A stretch of 64,000 nt of DNA from an uncultured Acidobacteriota bacterium (lineage in GTDB: Bacteria > Acidobacteriota > UBA6911): assembly GCA_963843575.1 (NCBI GenBank), contig CAWJKZ010000010.1, forward strand, positions 544,001-608,000, in the 5' to 3' direction. Shown here one piece after another: positions 33,937 to 44,028 of the stretch. The position numbers and the translations under genes are program-made. Within the stretch, counting starts at the first letter, position 1; every line of letters starts with the position of its first letter. The notes beneath the pieces are model-generated. The model was given only the letters and a program-made list of their open reading frames with translations. It made no database searches and was not told the origin of the DNA.

Positions 33937-35430
33937 CTATTGCGGGCGGAGGGTGACGAAGAACGGGTTGCCCCCACGCTGCACGAGCAGGAGCACCGGG
34001 GCGTTTGTCGATTTCGACAATACATTCCTCAAATCGTCCACGCTGCGCACCGGCTGGCGGTTGACCTGCACGATGAGGTCGCCCGGTCGGACTCCGGCTT
34101 CGGCCGCGGAGCCTACCGAATCGACGTCGGTCACCACGACCCCCGGAGAACCGGGTCGAATGCCGAGTTGGCTTGCCAGGTCTGGTGTGAGGGGGGTCAC
34201 GGTCAACCCGTACCGCCCGCGCTCCGGCTCGCCGGTGCCGCCCGGCGATTGGCCCGCGCCAGCCTGCCCGCCAAGTTCCGCCAGCCTGGCCCTGACCTGC
34301 TGCTCCCGGCCATCGCGCATCAGGGTCAGGGAGACCTCCGTCCCCGGCGCGAGGGCAGCGATGCTGTTCCTGAACCGGTTGCCGTCCTGCACCGGTGCCC
34401 CGTTCAGCTGCGTGATCACGTCGCCTTGCTGAACCCCGGCCCGGTCCGCCGGGCTGCCCGGCTCGACGGAGCTGACGATCACGCCGCGCACATCCTTGAG
34501 CCCCATGCTGGCCGCCAAGTCCTGGGTCACGGGCTGGATGGTGACACCCAACTTGCCGCGCCGGACGTTTCCCGCCTTGATGAGCTGTTCGCTGACCTGG
34601 CGCGCCATGTTGGAGGGAATCGCGAACCCGATCCCTATGCTTCCGCCTCCCGACGTCGACAGGATCTGCGAGTTGATTCCGATCAGCTCGGACGCCGTGT
34701 TCACCAGCGCCCCCCCGGAATTGCCACGGTTGATGGGGGCGTCGGTCTGCAGGAAGCTCTCGAAAGTGCCGTTACCCAGGCCGGTGGAGCGTTCCTTGGC
34801 GCTGATGATGCCCGCCGTCACGGTCTGGCCCACCCCAAGAGGATTGCCCACCGCGAGCACCACGTCCCCGACGCGCACCTTGTCGGAGTCGCCCAGACGC
34901 AGCATCGAGAGGTTGTTGGCGTCCACCCGCAGAACCGCGAGGTCCGAAGGGGGGTCCGAACCGACCAGCTTGGCACGATAGGTGCGGCCTCCGGCCGTTT
35001 CCACCTGGATTTCCTCGGCCCCGTCGATCACGTGATGGTTGGTCAGGACGTACCCATCCCCGGTGACGATCACCCCCGAGCCCAGGCCCATCTGGAGTTG
35101 CTGCTCCGGCGCCCGCCCGAGGTCGCCGAAGAGGTCCCGGAAAAACGGATCGTTCATGAACGGGAAGGGCCGAGGGGCGCGCACGCGCCGCTCCGAACGG
35201 ATGGTCACCACCGCGGGAGCCACCTTGCTCACGACGTCCGCATACGAGAGCACCGCCGCGCTCGGGTGCGCGGGCGGCGGCTCCAGCACCGGGCCCGAAT
35301 TGGCCGAGCGCTCTCCGGGAAGCCTGCGACACCCCTGCGTCGCCCCGGCTAGCAGAAGCACGAAAATGACGGATGCGATAAAGCCCCTGGCGATCCAGGA
35401 TCTGAATGAAGCCCCCGACATGGTCCCCAT
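33937..35430 (-). CDS. DegQ/HtrA serine protease with two PDZ domains
   Basis: LGSGVI, TNHHV, DLAVL, QTDAPINRGNSGG and two PDZ domains. Confidence 0.96.
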   Translation of the reverse strand: MGTMSGASFRSWIARGFIASVIFVLLLAGATQGCRRLPGERSANSGPVLEPPPAHPSAAVLSYADVVSKVAPAVVTIRSERRVRAPRPFPFMNDPFFRDLFGDLGRAPEQQLQMGLGSGVIVTGDGYVLTNHHVIDGAEEIQVETAGGRTYRAKLVGSDPPSDLAVLRVDANNLSMLRLGDSDKVRVGDVVLAVGNPLGVGQTVTAGIISAKERSTGLGNGTFESFLQTDAPINRGNSGGALVNTASELIGINSQILSTSGGGSIGIGFAIPSNMARQVSEQLIKAGNVRRGKLGVTIQPVTQDLAASMGLKDVRGVIVSSVEPGSPADRAGVQQGDVITQLNGAPVQDGNRFRNSIAALAPGTEVSLTLMRDGREQQVRARLAELGGQAGAGQSPGGTGEPERGRYGLTVTPLTPDLASQLGIRPGSPGVVVTDVDSVGSAAEAGVRPGDLIVQVNRQPVRSVDDLRNVLSKSTNAPVLLLVQRGGNPFFVTLRPQ

Positions 35431-35494
35431 AGGTCCTCCTCGGATGACGGCACCATGTAATCATGCGAGCAGCCAAACCAGATTTGAAGTGCTT

Positions 35495-35565
35495 TGGAGT
35501 GCGGCGGCTCGACGCCGCCGGTGAACGAGACCGAAGGGCTGCAACCTGCTATCCGCCCCGGCGGC
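35495..35565. repeat. REP family A half
   Basis: TGGAGTGCGGCGGCTCGACGCCG plus the segment shared with 33809-33845. Confidence 0.8.
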
Positions 35566-35610
35566 CCGAACTGCGAGCTGGCACAATTCACACCCAGGGT
35601 GTCACAAAGC

Positions 35611-36045
35611 CTAAGGCCGGGCGCCCCGATGCCTTTCGATCGCCGCGCAGGCGTCCTTGACGGCGTTGCCCAGCGTCCGGGTCGACCCCGAATAGACGAT
35701 GTCGCCGTTCTTTTCGAATATGGCGATCTTGTTGTCCCTGCGCACGATCTCCTTGCCTCCCTCGTGGTCCAGCAGGACGATGTAGTCCGCGTTCTCCTTC
35801 TTCATCGTGACCGTCAGCGCCGGACAGCGCTCGCGGAAGGTTTTGATTATTTCGGCAGTCTGCGGTCTTGCGCCCCCGGAAGCTCCGCCCCCCGCGGCAT
35901 CCGACCCGGCGCCAAAGCCGCCGGACATCTCCCAGGAGGTGCTGTCGGTAACGAACACCCGGACCTTGCCGTCCTGTCCAGGCGCAGCCGCACACACCAA
36001 GAGAATCATGAGCCCCACCCCGAATGCAGTCTCGCGCGCTCGCAT
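35611..36045 (-). CDS. Secreted hypothetical protein
   Basis: Signal peptide; GGARPQTAEIIKTFRERCP...NAVKDAC with two Cys. Confidence 0.75.
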   Translation of the reverse strand: MRARETAFGVGLMILLVCAAAPGQDGKVRVFVTDSTSWEMSGGFGAGSDAAGGGASGGARPQTAEIIKTFRERCPALTVTMKKENADYIVLLDHEGGKEIVRRDNKIAIFEKNGDIVYSGSTRTLGNAVKDACAAIERHRGARP

Positions 36046-36196
36046 GCCCGCCTCCTGTGATTTAATTCTGGTACTCTTTCCCTGACACAAGAGACTGGCG
36101 CAGCACCGAAAGGGTTCACCTCTTTGAGTGGGCCGCGGCGGCTCGACGCGGCCCTCAGGGCTCGCCCCCGGACCACCACACTCGGAGTCGACATCG

Positions 36197-36694
36197 ATGA
36201 AAAAGAAAGACCGGCCCCAACCTACCCGGCCCACGCTGCAGGAAGGCTATGGACTTACTCAGCCCGAGAAACCCGGCGACTTTCTCCCCTGGGAATGGGT
36301 CGAGGAGAGACTGTCGAAATGCCGGATCTATTGGGTCTCCACGACGCGGCCCGACGGCAGGCCCCACACGATGCCCGTGTGGGGCATCTGGTGCGACGGC
36401 TCGTTTGTCTTCGGCACGGACCGGAATTCCCGCAAGGCGCGCAACCTCGCCGCGAACCCGGCTGTCGCCGTGCACACCGAGACCGGCGAGGACGCCGTCA
36501 TCTTCGAGGGCACTGCTCGTGAAATCGAGCTTGGCCCCCAGTCCGATCCAATGGAACGGGCCTATCTCGACAAGTACGAAATGAAATTGGGAGAAGCGCC
36601 GGGAGACCTGGCGGTGTTCGAGATGACCCCCAGGGTGGTTTTTGCCTGGCGCGAGCGCGATTTCAACCAGATCGCCACACGCTGGAAGTTCTGA
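36197..36694 (+). CDS. Pyridoxamine 5'-phosphate oxidase-like split-barrel protein
   Basis: YWVSTTRPDGRPHTMPVWG, SRKARNLAANP, ATRWKF. Confidence 0.9.
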   Translation: MKKKDRPQPTRPTLQEGYGLTQPEKPGDFLPWEWVEERLSKCRIYWVSTTRPDGRPHTMPVWGIWCDGSFVFGTDRNSRKARNLAANPAVAVHTETGEDAVIFEGTAREIELGPQSDPMERAYLDKYEMKLGEAPGDLAVFEMTPRVVFAWRERDFNQIATRWKF

Positions 36695-36701
36695 CCGGCG
36701 G

Positions 36702-37610
36702 TCAGCGTCCCGTGCCGGGGACGTCGACCCGGATCTGGAACAGCGTCTTCCCCGCGGTCACGTAAAGCGTCTTCATGTCCGCGCCGCCGAAGGCGCAGTT
36801 TGTGACCGTGTCTTCCGGAATCGGGTAATAGCGGAGCAGTTTGCCCTGGGGCGAGATGACGTGGATGCCGGCCCGGGTATCGAGCGTTTCGCTCGTGCCG
36901 CGCCGCCGATTCAATCCCGCGGCGGCATAGATGTTTCCCTGCGTGTCGATCGCCAACCCGTCCGCGCTGCGCCCCGGGTAGAAGTTGTAGTGCACCCGCA
37001 TGTTGCTCACCGAACCGTCCGGCGCCAGATCGAACGCGCGAATCATGCGCTCCCCGCCCTTGGACTGGTTTGCCTCCACGTGGTAAAGCGTGCGGTCGTC
37101 CGGCGAGATCACGATCCCGTTGGGTCGCTGAATGTCGGGGGCCGCGAGGATCCGGTCGATCCTCCCTCCGGGATCGACGCGGTAGACGGCGCCGCCCGGG
37201 AGATCCGTGAAATAGACGCGCCCCTTCCCATCGAGGGTCACGTCGTTGGGCGCCACGAACGGTTTGCCGTTCCACGCATCCGCCAGCACCTCCACCTCAC
37301 CGGACTTCATGTCGGTGCGGGTGACGCGCGGCGGCTCCGCTTCGCAGGCCAGTAGCCGCCACTGCGCATCGAAGACCAGCCCGTTGGAGCCGTGGCTTTT
37401 CTCGCGGAAGACCGTAACCCCTTGCCCCGGGGCGAACCGGAGGATGCGTCCGCTCCACATCTCTGAGAAGAAGACGTTTCCTGCCGCATCGACCGCCGGT
37501 CCTTCGGTAAAGGCCACGGTGGCGGCGATCGACGCGTCTTCCTGGGGTGTGGCGGCGGCCACTGCCGGCGCCGCGACAAGGCAGCAGAGCAGGATAGCCG
37601 TCGTTCGCAT
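36702..37610 (-). CDS. SMP-30/gluconolactonase family protein
   Basis: FTEGP, SNGL, PNDV, PNGIVISPD, DGLAID, TNCAFGG. Confidence 0.93.
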   Translation of the reverse strand: MRTTAILLCCLVAAPAVAAATPQEDASIAATVAFTEGPAVDAAGNVFFSEMWSGRILRFAPGQGVTVFREKSHGSNGLVFDAQWRLLACEAEPPRVTRTDMKSGEVEVLADAWNGKPFVAPNDVTLDGKGRVYFTDLPGGAVYRVDPGGRIDRILAAPDIQRPNGIVISPDDRTLYHVEANQSKGGERMIRAFDLAPDGSVSNMRVHYNFYPGRSADGLAIDTQGNIYAAAGLNRRRGTSETLDTRAGIHVISPQGKLLRYYPIPEDTVTNCAFGGADMKTLYVTAGKTLFQIRVDVPGTGR

Positions 37611-37617
37611 CGTCGGA

Positions 37618-38922
37618 TCACCTCCCACCGGCGGAAGCGCCCCTGCGCCCGAAGTGCCGGTCGGCAAAATCGAGATAGCGGTCCCAGTCGTAGGCCGTCA
37701 CGTCGTGCTTACCCGTGCGGATGTGATAGCCGATCGTGTCGCCGACCGGGCTGTTGGGCGGGGGCATGTCTTCGACGCCCAGCCCGTGTTTCCCGAAGAG
37801 TGCGTACACGGGTTGCGCGTGCTTCGCCGAGAGGAACTCGCCGCGCGGGTCGGCCCAGAGGTCCTCCTGCGCGCTCGCCACGTAAACGGGGCGCGGCGCG
37901 ATGAGGGCGATCAGCATGTGCTGATCCACCGGCAGCGCGTTCTCGTTCTCGTTGTAGTTGCGGAAGTTCGCGCAGAACCAGTGGGGGAAGGCCTTGTTGA
38001 TCGCCGCCACCGTCTCGCCGAAATGCCGCCGGCTCAGGGCCGCGCCGCCGCAGCCGGAATCGTTCGAGATCACGATGGCAAAGCGCTCGTCCTCCGCTCC
38101 GGCCCACAGGGCGGTCTTGCCGAGCCGCGAGTGGCCCAGCAGAGCCACCCGGGAGGCGTCCAGCGCCTTGTCGGTCACGACGTAGTCCATGATGCGGCTC
38201 AAGCCCCAGGCCCAGGCCGCGATCGAGCCCCACTCGTCGGGGCCCGGCCGGGTCTGGCCGGCCCGGTAGAACAGCGGGTGCACGCCGTTCTTGAAGCCGT
38301 CGTCGAAGTCGGGGTCGATGTCGTTGTAGCAGGCGGTCACCAGCGCGTAGCCTCGCGCCAGGACCTTCTCGAGTTGCCACCGGCTGGCCTCTCCCCCCCG
38401 GGAAGCCTCCGTCGCGCGGTTTTCCGTGATGCCCTTTTCCTTGCTGTTCCGGAGCCACGCAGTCGACAGGGGAACGCCCGGGTCCCGGGCGACGGCCTGG
38501 TTCCCATCGAAATTGAGTCCGGCAAAAACCGGCACCGGGCCCGGGACGTTGTTCGGGATGTACACCAGCACGTCGATTTTGCCTTCGTCCCCTGCGCCCA
38601 GGTGTATCGTGACGAGCTTCCGCGTGGCGGTTCCGGACAGTGCACCGCTCTCCACCGATTTCACCTCGACGCGCATCGCGGGCGGGCGCCCCGGGCTGCG
38701 GCCATAAACGTGGGTGCGGAACAGCTCCAGGATTCCTGCGCGGCGCGAGTTGCGCCACTCGTCGGCCGTGGCGACCTTCCCGCCGCCGGCGCGTGCGAGC
38801 GGGTCCGGCAGCGTATAGGCCGGCACCTTGCTCTCGTCGTAATTGGCCTGCTGCTGGGCGCCCGCCGCAAGGGCGGCAATCAAACCGATCAGACTCGAGA
38901 CCAGGATCTTTGCAGGTTTCAT
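37618..38922 (-). CDS. CE15 glucuronoyl esterase-like protein
   Basis: NYDESKVPAYTLPDPL, AWAWG, GHSRLGKTALWA, SGCGGAAL, LPVDQH, WADP. Confidence 0.92.
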   Translation of the reverse strand: MKPAKILVSSLIGLIAALAAGAQQQANYDESKVPAYTLPDPLARAGGGKVATADEWRNSRRAGILELFRTHVYGRSPGRPPAMRVEVKSVESGALSGTATRKLVTIHLGAGDEGKIDVLVYIPNNVPGPVPVFAGLNFDGNQAVARDPGVPLSTAWLRNSKEKGITENRATEASRGGEASRWQLEKVLARGYALVTACYNDIDPDFDDGFKNGVHPLFYRAGQTRPGPDEWGSIAAWAWGLSRIMDYVVTDKALDASRVALLGHSRLGKTALWAGAEDERFAIVISNDSGCGGAALSRRHFGETVAAINKAFPHWFCANFRNYNENENALPVDQHMLIALIAPRPVYVASAQEDLWADPRGEFLSAKHAQPVYALFGKHGLGVEDMPPPNSPVGDTIGYHIRTGKHDVTAYDWDRYLDFADRHFGRRGASAGGR

Positions 38923-38995
38923 GCCCCCAACCTAAACCAGTTGCCGCACAAAAGCCATGGCGGAAATAACCACAAAACCATAGAACCATAAAACC

Positions 38996-39280
38996 AGGTG
39001 GGTCCGGGCTTTCAGCCCGGACGCTGTTTGCGGTCGCTCTAGGTGCGCCCGTCGCCACATAGATCAGATCAGAAGACGTCCGGGCTGAGACTGTCCAACG
39101 GTTGTTTGTGCAGTGCGGCAGCTCGACGCCGTTTGGTCGCGGCGTCTCGGCGCCACATAGGTCGAGGTCGCAGCGTCGGTCTCGCAATTCGCCTGGCGCG
39201 AGGCGCCGAGCATTTCAGCCGAGGACGAGTGAATGCGGGGAGACGCCGCTCGCCACAAGACAGCCTCTTCAGCCCGGACG
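38996..39280. repeat. Family B doublet whose second REP is interrupted by an insert with GAGACTGTCC...GACAGCCTC ends carrying a family A unit
   Basis: Directly visible in the sequence; compare the intact doublets at 3403 and 43369. Confidence 0.8.
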
Positions 39281-39414
39281 CTTTGAGATTTGCCCTATTC
39301 ACCAGCAGTTACACTCTGCAGTGACCCAAACACTAGCTACACAGGGGGGGACGAAAAAGGATTTCGTGGTATACTTAAAGGTTACACCAACTCATCATAA
39401 AGGAGATCCATACC

Positions 39415-40443
39415 ATGCCATTAGTCTCGATGCGGCAGCTGCTCGACGAAGCTGCAAAAGGTGGATACGGCGTCGGCGCCTTCAACGTCAACAACATGGA
39501 GCAGATCCAGGCCATCATGGAGGCGGCGCGCGAAACCAAGTCGCCGGTCATCGTCCAGGCGAGCCGCGGAGCGCGCAGCTATTCACAGGACAACTACCTC
39601 TATCATCTCATGCTGGCAGCGGCCGAGCTGTACCCGGAAGTTCCGATGGTGCTGCACCTGGACCACGGCAACAGCGCCGAAACGTGCAAGTCGGCGATCG
39701 ACCTCGGCTTCACCAGCGTCATGATGGACGGTTCGCTCATGCCCGACGGGAAGACCCCGTCGACCTTCGAATACAACGTCGAGGTCACCCGCAAGGTCGT
39801 CGCGATGGCACACGCCAAGGGCGTGACCGTCGAAGGGGAAATCGGCGTGCTGGGCGGCATCGAGGACGGCCACGGCGCCGGCGGCAGCGGCCTGGAGCAC
39901 GTCACCGACCCGGACCAGGCTGCCGAGTTCGTACAGAAGACCGGCGTCGACGCCCTCGCCATCGCCATCGGCACCAGCCACGGCGCCTACAAGTTCACCA
40001 AGAAGCCCGACGGCTCCGTGCTGAAAATGGACCGCCTCATCGAAATCCACAACAGGCTCCCGCACGTCCACCTGGTCATGCACGGCTCTTCCAGCGTGCC
40101 GAAGGAACTGCAGGACGTCATCAACCAGTACGGCGGCAAGCTGAAGCAGACCTGGGGCGTCCCGATCGAGGAGATCCAGCTCGGCATCAAGAACGGCGTC
40201 CGCAAGGTCAACGTCGACACGGACAACCGCCTGGCCATCACGGGCGCGATCCGCAAGGTCTTCGCCGAGACGCCCGAAAAGTTCGATCCGCGCGACTACC
40301 TCAAGCCGGCGCGCGAGGCCATGAAGAAGGTGGTTGCCCAGCGCATGACCCAGTTCGGACAGGCCGGCCACTTCGCCGACTACAGCCCGATCCCGCTCGC
40401 CGAGATGGCGAAGCGGTACGCCGGGGCAACGGCCGCGAACTAA
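39415..40443 (+). CDS. fba: Class II fructose-bisphosphate aldolase
   Basis: [50 protein letters not shown]. Confidence 0.97.
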   Translation: MPLVSMRQLLDEAAKGGYGVGAFNVNNMEQIQAIMEAARETKSPVIVQASRGARSYSQDNYLYHLMLAAAELYPEVPMVLHLDHGNSAETCKSAIDLGFTSVMMDGSLMPDGKTPSTFEYNVEVTRKVVAMAHAKGVTVEGEIGVLGGIEDGHGAGGSGLEHVTDPDQAAEFVQKTGVDALAIAIGTSHGAYKFTKKPDGSVLKMDRLIEIHNRLPHVHLVMHGSSSVPKELQDVINQYGGKLKQTWGVPIEEIQLGIKNGVRKVNVDTDNRLAITGAIRKVFAETPEKFDPRDYLKPAREAMKKVVAQRMTQFGQAGHFADYSPIPLAEMAKRYAGATAAN

Positions 40444-40450
40444 GAAACAA

Positions 40451-40600
40451 AAGCCGGAAGCCGGGAGCCAGGCTTCCGGCTTCTGCAGCTTCACGTGCGC
40501 TTGAAGGCCAACAGCCCGAGCACGATCACTGCCCCACCGCCCCACCGCCCTCACCAGGGGAGCCAGAAGCCTGGCTTCCGGCTCCCGGCTCCCGGCTTCT
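40451..40600. repeat. Inverted heptamer (CCGGGAG/CCGGAAG) repeats between convergent genes
   Basis: AAGCCGGAAGCCGGGAGCCAGGCTTC...GAAGCCTGGCTTCCGGCTCCCGGCTCCCGGCTT. Confidence 0.75.
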
Positions 40601-40605
40601 GCTTT

Positions 40606-41136
40606 TTAGGGTCGTCGCGGGATTACCCGGAACAGCCGCACGACGTTGAAGGCCACCAGCCCGAACACGATCACAAGGCCGGGCCACACCCCCCACCAGG
40701 GGAGCCGGTCGTACCTGCCGAGGGCTACCAGGATCGTCGCGGCGATTACGGCGAAAAACACCAGGTTGCATCCGGCCGCGAGCGAGAGGAACACGTCCCG
40801 CAGCCCGGCCCAGAAAGGCTCCTGCCGTCCCGGCGGCAAGGCGAGAAATGCCGCTTTGTTCGGCAGGTTCACCCACTGAGGGTGCCGCCGGAAAAATGGC
40901 ACCAGGAGGGTGAACCCGTACATCATGGCCGTGAGGAAGAATGGTATGGCGAGCAGGCCCACGAGCTCGGCCTTCGCCCCCCAGCGGTCCGGGAAGCCGC
41001 TCGCCCCGAAGTGCATCGGGATCCGCTCCGGGAGCCGGTTCCAGGTAGCGGCCATGATCGCCACGTCACCCAGCAGCGTCAGGGCCGTGACGGCGTGACA
41101 CAGGTTCGCCACGGCGTCGACGCGTTCGTCTTTCAT
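40606..41136 (-). CDS. DUF1648-domain membrane protein
   Basis: LPERIPMHFGASGFPDRWG and four TM segments. Confidence 0.85.
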   Translation of the reverse strand: MKDERVDAVANLCHAVTALTLLGDVAIMAATWNRLPERIPMHFGASGFPDRWGAKAELVGLLAIPFFLTAMMYGFTLLVPFFRRHPQWVNLPNKAAFLALPPGRQEPFWAGLRDVFLSLAAGCNLVFFAVIAATILVALGRYDRLPWWGVWPGLVIVFGLVAFNVVRLFRVIPRRP

Positions 41137-41164
41137 GGGTCCTCCGGGGGGAAAGGCGCCGGCC

Positions 41165-42031
41165 CTATCGCGGCACCTTGATGCCGTGGATGCGGGCGAT
41201 GGTCAGGCCGTAGGACTTCGCGCGCGTCTCCTCCGGCACGCCGCAGGCGTCGAGCATCTTGTCGAAGCGCCTGATGTTCTCTTCGAAGGCTTCGGGCCCC
41301 TCGTCCGTGGCGAACAGGATCTTCTCGAAGGCGGGCATCGCGTCGGCCGGCATGTGCGCCTTGCCGAGATAGGGAGTCCACCAGAGGAATTGCTTCCAGT
41401 ACCCCGGATCTTCTTCTTTCTTGATCAGGGACGAACCGGACAGATCGAAGAACAGGTTGTTGTTCCGGCGCGTCGCCTCCCCCGCCTCGTCGTACCAGGG
41501 ATTGCCAAAGTGAGCGGAGTGGATGACGAGCTTAGGGAAACGCGACGCGACGGTGGCGAGAAACGACGGACGCATGCGCGCCATCATGCCGTTGGCCAGG
41601 ATCCCCGTGTGCGGCGCCACCGGCATCCCGAGTTCCTGTGCGAGTGTCCAGATGGGGTCGTACTTGGGGTCGTCGTAATTCCACTGCCGCGTCGCGAACA
41701 GCTCGCCCAACCCCTTGAAACCCATGGAACGGGCCTTCTTGATGTCCGCCGTCACGGTCGCGCTGTCGATGTCGATCGCCGCATACGGGATCACCCGGTC
41801 CGGGTGCGCTTTGGCAAAGGCGATGCCGCGCTGCAGGTCCTTCATGCCGATCAGGACGCACCCCATCGCGTTATGCTTGCCGTATACCGAGAGGAAGGAT
41901 TTCTCCCAATCGTCGGCGGCGCGGTAGTGCGTGTGCGAATCGATGATGAAACCGGGCGTCTTCCCCGGCGTCTGCGCCCACCCGAAGCTCACCACAATCA
42001 GAACGCCAGCAATGACAGAGACTCGTCTCAT
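41165..42031 (-). CDS. Amidohydrolase_2 family protein, secreted
   Basis: IIDSHTH, FKGLGE, PHTG, AHFGNPW, LFATD. Confidence 0.9.
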   Translation of the reverse strand: MRRVSVIAGVLIVVSFGWAQTPGKTPGFIIDSHTHYRAADDWEKSFLSVYGKHNAMGCVLIGMKDLQRGIAFAKAHPDRVIPYAAIDIDSATVTADIKKARSMGFKGLGELFATRQWNYDDPKYDPIWTLAQELGMPVAPHTGILANGMMARMRPSFLATVASRFPKLVIHSAHFGNPWYDEAGEATRRNNNLFFDLSGSSLIKKEEDPGYWKQFLWWTPYLGKAHMPADAMPAFEKILFATDEGPEAFEENIRRFDKMLDACGVPEETRAKSYGLTIARIHGIKVPR

Positions 42032-42089
42032 AAGGTCCTCTCCGACGGTGTTGAAGGACCTCGATTGTGGCCTCCGGCGTAACCCGAGT

Positions 42090-42212
42090 CAAGTGGGTCC
42101 GGGCTTCAGAGGCTGTCCAACGGCGAGCCAAAACAAAAACTAGCCCCGGAAGACACGGAAGAACACGGAAAGCTCACATTTGAAATTCCGCGGATTCCGT
42201 GCCTTCCGTGGC
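42090..42212. repeat. Family B half, GAGGCTGTCCAACG end, and family C palindrome
   Basis: CAAGTGGGTCCGGGCTTCA|GAGGCTGTCCAACGG, then CACGGAAGAACACGGAA...TTCCGTGCCTTCCGTG. Confidence 0.8.
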
Positions 42213-42240
42213 AGGTTGTTGTATTTATCCGAGCGGCGCG

Positions 42241-42675
42241 CTACTCCCCTGCGAGTTGCGGGACCGGTTCGCCCGAGGGCAGTGCGCCTTCCTCATAGCT
42301 CCATCCGGTCCAGAGACCCAGCATGAAGTAGGCCAGCGCGGCCACCCCCGCCAGGAAGATGGTGTCACCGACAAACCGCATCCAGCGCAGCATCTGCACC
42401 CAGGGCTGCTGCAGGAAGTCCGCGCTGCGGGCGAACCAGAGCCCGTGCTCGACGCTGCCCACGCCTGAGCTATACCAATCGGGAGGAGGCTGAGCGCGAC
42501 CATGAGACCGAGTCCGATGTTGGTCGCCCAGAAGGCGATCGCAATGGGCCGCTCGCGCCAGGCGCGCCCCGCCGTGAGGAGGCGGGCGACGAGCAGGACC
42601 AGCCCGAGGGCCAGCAGGCCGTACACACCGAACAGCGCGGTGTGCGCGTGCACCGGGGTCGTGTTCAGGCCCTGC
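42241..42675 (-). pseudogene. norB: C-terminal fragment of quinol-dependent nitric oxide reductase (qNor)
   Basis: [43 protein letters not shown]. Only about 145 aa present. Confidence 0.88.
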
Positions 42676-42757
42676 GGGTAAATGCCACCGTCCCACCGTC
42701 GGCCATCACCCTCGCGGGGATCGGCGGGGCCTGCCGGTAGACCTCTTTCCCGAAAAA

Positions 42758-43339
<582 letters not shown>

Positions 43340-43368
43340 TGCGAGCGTGCCCCGACTTTAGCGCAAAA

Positions 43369-43472
43369 CAAGTGGGTCCGGGCTTCAGCCCGGACGCGGT
43401 TGCTATAACCTGCGCCCGTCGCCACGTAGATCAGATCAAAAGACGTCCGGGCTGAAGCCCGAACCCACTTGT
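43369..43472. repeat. REP family B doublet
   Basis: Near-identical to 3403-3512. Confidence 0.9.
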
Positions 43473-43486
43473 TTTTCCTATTTCTC

Positions 43487-43948
43487 TCAGGAAACTGTAC
43501 TGGCGGGGTCGGGCTGCCCCGCCCACCGGCCGCTCATGCGAGCTGGTTTGATGCGGAACCAGCGCAGCAGCCCGTGGCGTCCGCGCCTCTCGTATTCGAC
43601 GGCCATCCATTCTGGCATGTCCGGGAACCGCCCAAAGAGGGCGGGGCGGATCCGTTCGATCTCCGCTGCGTCGGTAACGGCCTGGATACTCCCCTCGCCG
43701 GTTACGCTGCGCCACTCGAATACCCCGGTCCGTGCGGAGGTGTCGACCTGGAACGCCACGTCCGGGTTCATCGCGGCCAGCCGGGTCTTTCGTCCCTCCG
43801 TTGAAACGACCCATATGAAGCCGTCCAGCCAGACGTAGCCAAGCGGCACGAGGTAGTGTTCGCCGGCGGCGTGGAGCGCAAGCCGGAGAACTCGTTCCGA
43901 CGCCAGCAACTGCTCGATTTCGGTTTGGGAGAGGTCACGGTGGGCCAT
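43487..43948 (-). CDS. Pyridoxamine 5'-phosphate oxidase / flavin-binding family protein
   Basis: YLVPLGY, EGRK, NPDVAFQVD, WRSV, MSGR. Confidence 0.88.
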   Translation of the reverse strand: MAHRDLSQTEIEQLLASERVLRLALHAAGEHYLVPLGYVWLDGFIWVVSTEGRKTRLAAMNPDVAFQVDTSARTGVFEWRSVTGEGSIQAVTDAAEIERIRPALFGRFPDMPEWMAVEYERRGRHGLLRWFRIKPARMSGRWAGQPDPASTVS

Positions 43949-43966
43949 GCCTTATTATAGCTCATG

Positions 43967-44024
43967 GCCCGGGAGGGACCCGCCCGCCGGGACGACCGGG
44001 GGCGGGACCTCTCGTTTCCCGGGC
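43967..44024 (-). terminator. GC-rich hairpin downstream of pfp
   Basis: GCCCGGGA...TCCCGGGC outer stem with an inner CCCGCCC/GGGCGGG stem. No clear U tract. Confidence 0.45.
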
Positions 44025-44028
44025 GAAC

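Noticed and set aside
40501-40706. Diversity-generating retroelement TR/VR pair
   Set aside because: Too short, includes an indel-rich middle, and there is no intact reverse transcriptase or Avd gene nearby.
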